Assembly (NCBI GenBank): GCA_050253335.1
Contig: JBFWJG010000018.1
Span: 1 to 40,080, forward strand
Reading direction: 5' to 3'
Length of the DNA stretch: 40,080 nucleotides
From: Deferribacterales bacterium
GTDB taxonomy: Bacteria; Chrysiogenota; Deferribacteres; Deferribacterales; Geovibrionaceae
Under the pieces are notes generated by a model, which saw nothing but the letters and a program-made list of their open reading frames with translations, was not told where the DNA came from and searched no databases. Shown one piece after another: positions 8,510-16,643 of the stretch. Position numbers and translations under genes: made by a program. Each line of letters starts with the position of its first letter. Position 1 is the stretch's first letter.

Positions 8510-9508
8510 TCAGGAGAGTTCTTTTTCAATCTTTTTCATTCTTTCAATCAGATAACGTTTTATGAGGGCTTCCTGCGAATGATCGGGAAAGGTTTCAAGC
8601 CCCATCTTGCAGATCTCCTCACAGAAAATATATTTCAGCTTGCCCCGCAGAATGAGTTCCTTCCCTCCTTCAAGAGGGAGGGTGAAGCTAAGCCTGACCT
8701 CGGATTCCGAAACGGAAATATTCTCCCTCAGGCTCAGGGATACCCCGCGCAGGGAAACATCCACAATTTCCACATCCGTCCTGCTTCCTTCTGAAAAAAG
8801 CGCGGCGGGGATCGCCTGCTCGGGCTGGAGGCGGTAAATCTTGCGTCTGTCAAAGGGCTTTTTAAGAACCACAAGGTTCACCAGCTCAACAATGCACTTT
8901 GCAGTATCGATACTCTTCACATCCGCAGTTATCTGCTGAGGCAGGAGTTTATGGGTTATGCATGTGTAGCCTTCAATTCTCAGCGCCTTGATCTGCTCGG
9001 GGTGAACCTGCATGATGATGCGGTCATCATCGCATATCTCCAGTATCTCTGCCGCGTGAAACACCCTGAGCCCTTTGTATGAATTGAGGAGTTTTGCTGA
9101 GGTATCATTGTTTTTTATAAAACGGAAAAGCTCTTTTACTTCGGAGCTGTCCGCAGTGTCGAATTTTTTCAGCGGCTTTTTCAGGATCTCAAGTGCTTCA
9201 AGAAGGCGTATATGGGTTCCGGAATTAACCGGGCTGTTCTCAATTTCACCGCAGATTCTGCACAGAGCCCACGCTATTGTTCTCGTAAGAGGCACAACGG
9301 TTTTGTCCCCGTTATCTCCGGCGTCTCTGACGGCGCTGCTGAAATCCTCAAGGGGTCTGCTCCCTGGAACATCCATAAAGCAGTTGTCAAAAAACTGTCC
9401 GGCGGCGAACAGAACCTCCTGATCAGGCTGAGCGCCGTTTTCATTTTCATAGTAACCGCTGAATACCGAGATCAGCTCGCTCTTTTCAAATGTGCAGTCT
9501 TTCAGCAT
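8510..9508 (-). CDS. PilZ-domain (c-di-GMP-binding) protein
   Basis: C-terminal RxxxR ('RKIYR') and DxSxxG ('DVSLRG') motifs. Confidence 0.8.
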   Translation of the reverse strand: MLKDCTFEKSELISVFSGYYENENGAQPDQEVLFAAGQFFDNCFMDVPGSRPLEDFSSAVRDAGDNGDKTVVPLTRTIAWALCRICGEIENSPVNSGTHIRLLEALEILKKPLKKFDTADSSEVKELFRFIKNNDTSAKLLNSYKGLRVFHAAEILEICDDDRIIMQVHPEQIKALRIEGYTCITHKLLPQQITADVKSIDTAKCIVELVNLVVLKKPFDRRKIYRLQPEQAIPAALFSEGSRTDVEIVDVSLRGVSLSLRENISVSESEVRLSFTLPLEGGKELILRGKLKYIFCEEICKMGLETFPDHSQEALIKRYLIERMKKIEKELS

Positions 9509-9734
9509 AACCCACCTTCTAACACTCTCTTATGTCCGAAAACTTTTTGTTTATTATAAGTACCAGAATACATTAAAACAATGATGAAACCAACACTCAA
9601 TTGACGCACGGAGGATGTTAATCCTTTAAACTGTCAAAAAAATGCAGTACTGGTTCATTAGTTTATTCATGATAAATTGTCTCTTTATCATAAAAGAAAT
9701 TATAGCAGTTTAATGTGATTTTATGAAAAATAAG

Positions 9735-9762
9735 TTTGAATTTCTAAAAATTATGTTATAGT
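9735..9762 (+). promoter_or_regulatory. Extended -10 sigma70 promoter
   Basis: TG-T-TATAGT at 9754-9762, weak -35 TTTGAA at 9735-9740. Confidence 0.55.
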
Positions 9763-9768
9763 AATCGC

Positions 9769-9898
9769 TGAGGGGGGAGTCCTTCTTCTTTCGGAAGGCT
9801 CTCATGGAAATAGCTTTATTTATTATTCAGGCTGTTTTCCGAAACTGAAACTTATGATGAGTCCAAAAGAATGAAGGAGGCATATGCCTCCTTTTTTT
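9769..9898 (+). ncRNA. Candidate structured small RNA, possibly a small-peptide mRNA
   Basis: Bounded by a promoter and an intrinsic terminator, with extensive internal complementarity; no family recognised. Confidence 0.55.
9874..9898 (+). terminator. Intrinsic terminator
   Basis: AAGGAGGCATATGCCTCCTT palindrome running into a T7 tract. Confidence 0.85.
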
Positions 9899-9986
9899 CT
9901 ATGCGGAATAATAATTGAACAAAATGCCCGCGGCTTGTTCAGGTTTAATAATTCAAATAAACTGTGCTTAATTCTACGGAGGAAAA

Positions 9987-10385
9987 ATGAAGAAAGTATT
10001 TATACCGATTTTTATTTTGGCTGTGGGAGCCATGATTCTAATAAGTGCTTGGCCGTCTATCACTGAATCCAGAAAACCGATCAACATGTTCATCGCAAAA
10101 GCAAAATCAGAGGGAGCGCTCCCCCTGCTTCAGTTTATAAACACTCCGGCGGAAGGCGCTTCGGTTCAGGCGGAAATCGCAAAATTCAACAGCATGTCCG
10201 GCGGGATAAGACTTTCCGCAGGAATTTTCCTTTCATCGGAAAATATGGACTCAATGATTCACTACAACATTCAGTCTCCGGGCTTCATCATTTTTGACGC
10301 TGACGGAAAAGTCGCTGTCCAGCAGAACGGACTGGCGAATGCCGGTAACCTTCTGAAAATGACGCAGGATGTACACACCCATTAA
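9987..10385 (+). CDS. Membrane-anchored hypothetical protein, possibly thioredoxin-like fold without CxxC
   Basis: GGAGG RBS, N-terminal hydrophobic helix; 'YNIQSPGFIIFDADGKV' resembles the thioredoxin cis-Pro/beta-hairpin region. Confidence 0.65.
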   Translation: MKKVFIPIFILAVGAMILISAWPSITESRKPINMFIAKAKSEGALPLLQFINTPAEGASVQAEIAKFNSMSGGIRLSAGIFLSSENMDSMIHYNIQSPGFIIFDADGKVAVQQNGLANAGNLLKMTQDVHTH

Positions 10386-10393
10386 GAGGCAAA

Positions 10394-10594
10394 ATGCGCG
10401 AACCGGCTGACCTGTGCCCGGTATGCGGGCGAAACAACAACTGCTCCGCACTGGACAAATCAAAAGGCACATGCTGGTGCGTGGGGAAGCCCCCGCTTCC
10501 GCCTGAGATACTCACACAGTATGAATGGCGGCCGTGCTTCTGCGAAAGCTGTTATGACAGAATAATATCCGGAACAAAAGAAAATAAAGATTAA
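10394..10594 (+). CDS. Cysteine-rich CWC family protein
   Basis: CPxCG..NxC...CWC...CxCxxC pattern, GAGG RBS. Confidence 0.82.
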   Translation: MREPADLCPVCGRNNNCSALDKSKGTCWCVGKPPLPPEILTQYEWRPCFCESCYDRIISGTKENKD

Positions 10595-10599
10595 AAAAC

Positions 10600-10633
10600 A
10601 AAGGGGAACCCGCAGAACAGGTTCCCCTTTTTT
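10600..10633. terminator. Bidirectional intrinsic terminator
   Basis: AAAGGGGAACC/GGTTCCCCTTT stem flanked by A and T runs, between convergent genes. Confidence 0.85.
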
Positions 10634-10658
10634 ATTTTATACCAAGAAGTCTGCCGAA

Positions 10659-11465
10659 CTACAGCCCGAGCACGTCATACATATTGTAAAGGCCTTTGTC
10701 TTTACCTTTCAGCCATGCTGCGGCGGAGATTGCACCCTGAGCAAATGTGTCTCTGGTGTGCGCGCGGTGGGTTATCTCAATCCTCTCCCCCTGTCCGCAG
10801 AACATGACGGTGTGTTCACCGACGATGTCGCCCGCGCGGAGGGTCTGCATTCCGATCTCTCTGTCTGTGCGTTCGCCTATTATGCCTTTGCGGCAGAAGG
10901 CTCCGTCCTTATCTATGTTGCGGCCTGTGGCGTTCGCTACCACCTCGCCCATCTTCATCGCTGTTCCGCTGGGGGCGTCTTTCTTCAGTCTGTGGTGCGA
11001 TTCCACTATCTCTATGTCGTATGTGTTTCCGATTGCTTTCGCAACCATCTCAAGCACTTTGAAGGTGAGGTTTACGCCGAGGCTCATATTCGGTGAAACA
11101 AGAAGGGGCATTTTTTCGGATGCTTCATTAAGCTTCGCAGTCTGCTCCGGAGTGAAGCCTGTGCTTCCGATTACGGCAGGCACACCGAGACGGATGTAGC
11201 CGGGGAGTGCGTGCATTGTGGGCTCGCATCCGGTGAAATCTATAATGACATCGCAGCCTTTCACCGCCGTATCAAGATCAGAGGTGATGGCCACGCCGTT
11301 TTTGCCGCAGCCTGCCACTTCGCCTGCGTCCATGCCCAGAAATGAGCTAGCCGAATGCTCCAGAGCGCCTTTAAGCTCTGCTTTGTCGCTTTCCGCCAGA
11401 AGGCAGATTATGCGGCGCCCCATTTTTCCGGCAGCGCCGACCATACAAACTTTTGCTTTATCCAT
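10659..11465 (-). CDS. dapB: 4-hydroxy-tetrahydrodipicolinate reductase
   Basis: 'GAAGKMG', 'IDFT', 'ESHHRLKKDAPSGTA', 'IVGEHTV'. Confidence 0.97.
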   Translation of the reverse strand: MDKAKVCMVGAAGKMGRRIICLLAESDKAELKGALEHSASSFLGMDAGEVAGCGKNGVAITSDLDTAVKGCDVIIDFTGCEPTMHALPGYIRLGVPAVIGSTGFTPEQTAKLNEASEKMPLLVSPNMSLGVNLTFKVLEMVAKAIGNTYDIEIVESHHRLKKDAPSGTAMKMGEVVANATGRNIDKDGAFCRKGIIGERTDREIGMQTLRAGDIVGEHTVMFCGQGERIEITHRAHTRDTFAQGAISAAAWLKGKDKGLYNMYDVLGL

Positions 11466-11472
11466 TAATTGA

Positions 11473-12354
11473 TTACCTTACAAGTTTAATGCCCGCGGCA
11501 GTGAGCGCGGTTCTGAGTTTTGCTGTTGCTTCCTCTGTCATGGGAACAAGGGGGAGCCTTATTTCATCACCCGCAAGCCCCATGAGATAAAGAGCTCTTT
11601 TAACGGGGATCGGGTTTGTCTCAAGGAAAAGAGCCTTAAACACGGGGAGAAGCTTATAGTGCAGTTTTCTTGCTGCATCCATGTCGCCCTTGTCAAAAGC
11701 ATCCCACATATCGCCCATGTCTTTCGCCACGACGTTTGTTGATGCGGAGATAACACCCTTGGCGCCTATGCAGTAAAGCGGGTAGGTGAGTGAGTCCTCA
11801 CCGCTTAGGAGAGCAAAGGAGGAATCTGTTCCGTCAATAATTTCAGCCGCCTGATCCATTGAACCGCTGGCTTCTTTTATACCCACTATGTTATCAATCT
11901 TAGAAAGCCTGATAACAGTCTGCGGGAGGACATTTACCGCTGTTCTTCCGGGAACATTATAAAGCAGAAGGGGAATTTTTACTGATTCGGCAATTGTTTT
12001 AAAGTGCTGATACAGACCTTCCTGAGTGGGTTTATTGTAATAGGGGGTGATAACAAGCGCACCGTCAGCTCCTGCTTTTTGTGCGTGCTGTGTAAGGAAA
12101 ACAGATTCATGCGTGCTGTTGGAACCCGAACCGGCGACAACCGGAACACGCTTTTTAACCTGATCTATGACAATTTCAATTACTCTGCAATGCTCTTCAT
12201 AAGTGAGAGTGGCGGATTCTCCGGTTGTTCCGCAGGGGACAACGCCGTCTGTTCCGTTCTCAATCTGGAATTCGACAAGGTTTCTTAAAGCCTCCTCATC
12301 TACTTTTCCGCTTTTCATGGGGGTCGCTATAGCTACAAAGCTGCCTCTGAACAT
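11473..12354 (-). CDS. dapA: 4-hydroxy-tetrahydrodipicolinate synthase
   Basis: 'CGTTGES', 'TPYYNKP', 'LYNVPGRT', Schiff-base lysine in 'GIKEAS'. Confidence 0.97.
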   Translation of the reverse strand: MFRGSFVAIATPMKSGKVDEEALRNLVEFQIENGTDGVVPCGTTGESATLTYEEHCRVIEIVIDQVKKRVPVVAGSGSNSTHESVFLTQHAQKAGADGALVITPYYNKPTQEGLYQHFKTIAESVKIPLLLYNVPGRTAVNVLPQTVIRLSKIDNIVGIKEASGSMDQAAEIIDGTDSSFALLSGEDSLTYPLYCIGAKGVISASTNVVAKDMGDMWDAFDKGDMDAARKLHYKLLPVFKALFLETNPIPVKRALYLMGLAGDEIRLPLVPMTEEATAKLRTALTAAGIKLVR

Positions 12355-12370
12355 CTATTCCCTCCGTTCA

Positions 12371-13186
12371 TCAGTACATATATGATTCTTCGGTGAACTC
12401 TCCGGTGTAGATAACTCTTGCCTCACCTTCAAGGTAGACCTTTTCATCGCTTTCAATATAAACCTTAAGATCTGTCCCGCCCATTGTGCGGAGAGTTACC
12501 GGACTTTTCGCCAGACCGTCCTTAACGGCAAAGATGGCGCAGGCAACAGAGCCTGTTCCGCAGGCGAGGGTTTCATTCTCCACGCCTCTTTCGTAGGTTC
12601 TGATCCTGAAAGTGTCTTCCCCTGTTTTTGTATATGCGTTGAAGTTTGTTCCCTTCGGTGCAAAATACTCATGGTAACGGACTGCTCTTCCTGTGCCTGA
12701 TATATCAAAAGAGTCAATATCATCTACAAGGAGAGAAGCATGGGGGACACCTGTATTTATAAAGGAAAGCTCACGTTTGCTTCCGGCAACGTCAAGCGCT
12801 ATGCCTTTTTTATAATCAAAAGGTTTTGTCATAAGCACCTTGACATTAACGTCCTCCCTGACCTCCGCCTCAATAATTCCCGCAAGGGTTTTAAAGCGCA
12901 TGGTTTTACCGGCTATTCCGTTTAGGAATGCGTATCTGGCAACGCATCTTGCGCCATTTCCGCACATCTCCGCCACGGAGGCGTCAGAGTTGAAAAACTG
13001 CCACTGAAAATCCGCTTCGTCCGAATTTTCTATGAAAAAAACACCGTCCGCGCCGACGGAGAGGCTCCGTGCGCATATCTTCGGTATAAACTGTTTGGGA
13101 TCGAACTTATCCATTTTGCCGTCACGGTTGTCAATGATGATAAAATCGTTCCCGCTTCCGCTCATTTTCCAGAACGCAATACCCAT
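12371..13186 (-). CDS. dapF: Diaminopimelate epimerase
   Basis: 'KMSGSGNDF', 'MCGNGARC', 'ERGVENETLACGTG'; start moved to ATG 13186 after an AAGGTG RBS. Confidence 0.96.
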   Translation of the reverse strand: MGIAFWKMSGSGNDFIIIDNRDGKMDKFDPKQFIPKICARSLSVGADGVFFIENSDEADFQWQFFNSDASVAEMCGNGARCVARYAFLNGIAGKTMRFKTLAGIIEAEVREDVNVKVLMTKPFDYKKGIALDVAGSKRELSFINTGVPHASLLVDDIDSFDISGTGRAVRYHEYFAPKGTNFNAYTKTGEDTFRIRTYERGVENETLACGTGSVACAIFAVKDGLAKSPVTLRTMGGTDLKVYIESDEKVYLEGEARVIYTGEFTEESYMY

Positions 13187-13257
13187 GTTCACCTTCTGCG
13201 AGATAAAAAGATTCAGGGGGCGCAAGTGCCCCGTCTTTAGAATAATACTTTGAGGTA

Positions 13258-13286
13258 AAAATAACACTGAGGGCTTTTTTTGTCAA
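13258..13286 (-). promoter_or_regulatory. Sigma70 promoter of dapFAB
   Basis: Minus strand TTGACA-17 bp-TATTTT with extended TG. Confidence 0.65.
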
Positions 13287-13301
13287 AATAACATTTGGAA
13301 T

Positions 13302-13784
13302 TTATTCAGTTCCGGCACGGGCGGAGAGAAAATTTTCTATCTCTTCCTCGATATGTTTACTTAGTTTAGCGCAGTTTTCCGCCACTTCCGGAGAAAGGGT
13401 CATGTCCATTTGGATAGACTTCACCTGAATGCCGTAGAGAACTACCTCCGGCGGACGGTATCCGGCGAGTTCGGCGGTGAGCAGGAGATCCTTCATCCCC
13501 ATCTGGTGGGGAGAAAGCTTGTTTTCAAAAACAGGGGCTACGTCGTCCCCCTCAATCCTGACAACCGTACCCGCGGGAAGATCCAGATCAACGGCGTCCG
13601 CAAGCACAAGTCTGTCCGCCCATTCAAGCAGGGGGAGCAGATCAAGCCCCAGGGTTCCGCCCTCTATCACACGCAGGTTTTCATCCATCCCCGCGTATTT
13701 CTCTTCCAGACCGCGGACAACAAGCGCACCTGCGGCGTCATCATTCATAAGCACGTTTCCGATTCCAAGCACAAGAAGCTTCAT
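13302..13784 (-). CDS. Hydrogenase maturation protease (HyaD/HybD family)
   Basis: 'LVLGIGNVLMNDD', 'EGGTLG', 'DAVD', 'SPHQ'; follows the large subunit gene. Confidence 0.93.
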   Translation of the reverse strand: MKLLVLGIGNVLMNDDAAGALVVRGLEEKYAGMDENLRVIEGGTLGLDLLPLLEWADRLVLADAVDLDLPAGTVVRIEGDDVAPVFENKLSPHQMGMKDLLLTAELAGYRPPEVVLYGIQVKSIQMDMTLSPEVAENCAKLSKHIEEEIENFLSARAGTE

Positions 13785-13806
13785 CAAACCACCGTTAATA
13801 ATTAAA

Positions 13807-13826
13807 GGGAGCTCCGAAGAGCTCCC
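13807..13826 (-). terminator. Intercistronic hairpin (weak terminator or mRNA stabiliser)
   Basis: GGGAGCTC-TTCG-GAGCTCCC-TTT on the minus strand, right after the large subunit stop. Confidence 0.7.
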
Positions 13827-13834
13827 CGCATTTT

Positions 13835-15535
13835 TTAAAGTATCCGTACCTTGCTTTTCAGCTCGTTGTTTTCATCATACACATGCACCGCACATGCGAG
13901 GCAGGGGTCGTATGAGTGTATGGTTCTGAGAATTTCAAGGGGCTTTTCGGGATCCGCTATGGGTGTGCCGATAAGGGCTTCCTCATAGGGGCTTCTCACT
14001 CCCTTGTCATCTCTGGGCGCGGCGTTCCATGTGGAGGGAACAACAGCCTGATAGTTCTTGATCTCTTTGTTCTGAATAACTATCCAGTGACCGAGGGCTC
14101 CTCTGGGCGCTTCGTGCCAGCCGTAACCCTGTGCCTGTACCGGCCATGTGGAGGGATCCCACTTGGAGTTATCATGTATGGCGTAGTCGCCTGTGTTTAT
14201 ATTGGCAGCCAGAGCCATAAGCCAGCTTTCCATCTTTCTGGCGACTATGAGCGTTTCCACCGCCCTTGCGGCAGTTCTGCCGAGGGTTGAGAACAGAACC
14301 TCAGGCCCAACTCCGAGGGTTGTGAGCACATGGTTCACCACATCCTGAACCTCTTTATGTCCGGAGGCGTAAGCCACAAGCATCCTTGAGAGAGGACCAA
14401 CCTCCATAGGCGCGCCCTCATATCTGGGCGACTTCACGAAAGAGTATTTCTGCTCAACATCAAGGTAGTCATAGGGCGGCTTGGGACCGGTGTATTTCTT
14501 TTCAGTCTCGCCTTCCCACGGGTGTCTGGGGCCGGTGTCTTCGTACCATGAGTGGACAACGTCCTCAGTTATCTTAGTGTGGTCAACGGGATGAACGGTT
14601 GAAAGATCGCCGTTCTTTATCACGCCTGCGGGAAGCCACAGGCCGTTGGGGTAGCCTTCCCTTCCGTCGGGGAATTCGCCGTAGGACATATAGTTGCCGG
14701 AGGTTTTGCCTATGCCTGCCCAGTCGAGATAGAAGGGAGCCACGGCTATAATATCGGGGATATAAACTTTTTCCACAAACTCTCTGGCTGTCTTGTTGCA
14801 TTCCATGATCATCGCTATCTTATCGGCGTTGATCGCGTTCTGGCTGTTCGGGTCGCAGGGGATGGACATGCCGCCCGTGAGGAAGGTCTGCGGATGCGGG
14901 TTTTTGGAGCCTAAGATCGCGTGAACCTTGATTATCTCCTTCTGCACTTCAAGAGCCTGAAGATAATGTGAAGCAGCCATAAGGTTGGCCTCAGGCGGAA
15001 GCTTATACGCAGGGTGACCCCAGTATGCGTTGCCGAAGGGCCCGAGCCTGCCTGTTTTCGCGAATGCGGCAAGCCTGTCCTGAATGCCTTTGAAATAGTC
15101 CGCACTGCTGTACTTCCAGTCGGAGATGGATTCCTGAAGCGCCGCTGTCTTAACCGGATCTGCGGACAGTGCTGAAACTATGTCAACCCAGTCCAGAGCG
15201 TGGAGATGATAGAAGTGCACAACGTGGTCCTGTACATACTGCATCCCCATTATCACGTTTCTGATCATCTCTGCGTTGAAGGGAACCTTCATCCCCACTG
15301 CGTTTTCCACAGCCCTGATTGAGGCTATGGAGTGAACGGTGGTACAGACTCCGCAGAATCTCTGTGTTATGTACCACGCATCGCGGGGGTCACGCCCCTG
15401 AAGGATTTTCTCTATCCCGCGGAACATGGTGCTGCTTGACCATGCGTCTGTTATGACGCCGTTTTCTACCTTTGCCTCTATTCTTAAATGCCCCTCAATT
15501 CTGGTAATGGGGTCAACGACAATTCTGTCAGCCAT
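13835..15535 (-). CDS. Group 1 [NiFe]-hydrogenase large subunit
   Basis: 'DPITRIEGH', L1 'QRFCGVC', 'EAPRGALGHW', L2 'DPCLACAVH' with a cleavable C-terminal tail. Confidence 0.97.
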   Translation of the reverse strand: MADRIVVDPITRIEGHLRIEAKVENGVITDAWSSSTMFRGIEKILQGRDPRDAWYITQRFCGVCTTVHSIASIRAVENAVGMKVPFNAEMIRNVIMGMQYVQDHVVHFYHLHALDWVDIVSALSADPVKTAALQESISDWKYSSADYFKGIQDRLAAFAKTGRLGPFGNAYWGHPAYKLPPEANLMAASHYLQALEVQKEIIKVHAILGSKNPHPQTFLTGGMSIPCDPNSQNAINADKIAMIMECNKTAREFVEKVYIPDIIAVAPFYLDWAGIGKTSGNYMSYGEFPDGREGYPNGLWLPAGVIKNGDLSTVHPVDHTKITEDVVHSWYEDTGPRHPWEGETEKKYTGPKPPYDYLDVEQKYSFVKSPRYEGAPMEVGPLSRMLVAYASGHKEVQDVVNHVLTTLGVGPEVLFSTLGRTAARAVETLIVARKMESWLMALAANINTGDYAIHDNSKWDPSTWPVQAQGYGWHEAPRGALGHWIVIQNKEIKNYQAVVPSTWNAAPRDDKGVRSPYEEALIGTPIADPEKPLEILRTIHSYDPCLACAVHVYDENNELKSKVRIL

Positions 15536-15548
15536 TTAAACACCTCGC

Positions 15549-16643
15549 CTACTTCTCTTCTTTTTCGTAGTACTCTTCTTCCACTTTCTTCACTGTGCCG
15601 CGGTTGCGGATTATGCTCACCACGCCGTGAACAGCAAAGAACGCCGTCGCCACGCCCACAAGCTTCAGACCGATGCTTGTCGCGCTGGATTCCACACCGA
15701 AGCCCGGAACCTCGGGCAGCCTTCTGTAGAACGGGCTCATTGTGTCTATGAAGCCGGGTTCGGAACAGCCCACACAGCCGTGTCCCGCCATAACAGGCCA
15801 GCTGAGGCCGTCATTCCAGCGGAGAGTGGGGCAGTTGTGCCATGTCTGCGGGCCTTTGCAGCCCATTTTATACAGACACCAGCCCTGCCTGTGCGCTTCA
15901 TCGCCCCATTTTTCCACATACTGGCCGGCATCGAAGTGGCCTCTTCTCTCGCAGTTGTCGTGAATGCGTTTGCCGTGGGCGAATTTCGGACGGAGCTGAT
16001 TGTCCAGAGCGGGCAGAGTGCCGAAGATGAGGTAATGCACGATGAGAGCAGTGAGGTTGTCGCAGTTCATCGGACAGCCGGGAAGGTTAACAACCGGAAC
16101 GCCCTTGACGAGATCGGCAACGCCTTTTGCCCCTGTGGGGTTCGGGTAGGCGGCGGGTATTCCGCCGAAGCTGGCGCAGTTGCCCACGGCAATAACCATG
16201 GCAGCGCCCGCGGCGGCTTTTTTAAGCTGATTAAGGGCGGTGTCGCCCGCAATACAGCAGTAGATTCCGTCATCCTCAACGGGGATGGAACCTTCAACTA
16301 TGAGAACATATTTTCCTTTATTCTTTTCCATTGAGTCATGCTTCGCCTGCTCAGCCTGATGTCCGGCGGCAGCCATAAGCACTTCGGCATAATCAAGGGA
16401 GATCACGTCAAGCACAAGATCGGCCGCTTTGGGACGCCCTGAGCGGAGCAGTGATTCGGAATCTCCCGAACAGCTCTGAAACTCCAGCCAGATCACGGCA
16501 GGACGCTTGTCGTCCTCCAGCGCCTCGGCAACTTTGGGAGCCATAGCCGGCGGGAGAGCCAGCGTAGCGCTCACGGCTGTACAGAATTTCAGAAAGTCCC
16601 TTCTGCTGACACCCAGCAGTTCCAGTTTCTCACGCAGTCCCAT
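15549..16643 (-). CDS. Group 1 [NiFe]-hydrogenase small subunit, Tat-exported, C-terminal membrane anchor
   Basis: 'SRRDFLK' twin-arginine signal, FeS motifs 'GNCASFGG', 'PGCP', 'HDNCER', 'CLYKMGCKGP', 'GHGCVGC'; start moved to ATG 16643 after a GGAGG RBS. Confidence 0.96.
   Translation of the reverse strand: MGLREKLELLGVSRRDFLKFCTAVSATLALPPAMAPKVAEALEDDKRPAVIWLEFQSCSGDSESLLRSGRPKAADLVLDVISLDYAEVLMAAAGHQAEQAKHDSMEKNKGKYVLIVEGSIPVEDDGIYCCIAGDTALNQLKKAAAGAAMVIAVGNCASFGGIPAAYPNPTGAKGVADLVKGVPVVNLPGCPMNCDNLTALIVHYLIFGTLPALDNQLRPKFAHGKRIHDNCERRGHFDAGQYVEKWGDEAHRQGWCLYKMGCKGPQTWHNCPTLRWNDGLSWPVMAGHGCVGCSEPGFIDTMSPFYRRLPEVPGFGVESSATSIGLKLVGVATAFFAVHGVVSIIRNRGTVKKVEEEYYEKEEK

Noticed and set aside
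9853..9878. ATGATGAGTCC-AAAA-GAATGAAG resembling a hammerhead ribozyme core
   Set aside because: Lacks exact CUGAUGA and GAAA cores, and stem II does not pair.
9769..9898. SRP RNA, 6S RNA or fluoride riboswitch identity for the orphan RNA
   Set aside because: No SRP helix-8 motif, too short and lacking a two-sided bubble for 6S, and no fluoride pseudoknot pairing.
9884..10066. 60-aa ORF with a perfect AAGGAGG RBS
   Set aside because: The RBS and ATG are part of the terminator palindrome, and the ORF overlaps the better-supported gene at 9987.
13187..13257. Lysine riboswitch upstream of dapFAB
   Set aside because: The leader is about 65 nt, far too short, with only a weak 5-bp hairpin.
13835..13920. 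Selenocysteine ([NiFeSe]) hydrogenase
   Set aside because: The L2 motif uses ordinary Cys codons (DPCLAC) with no in-frame TGA.
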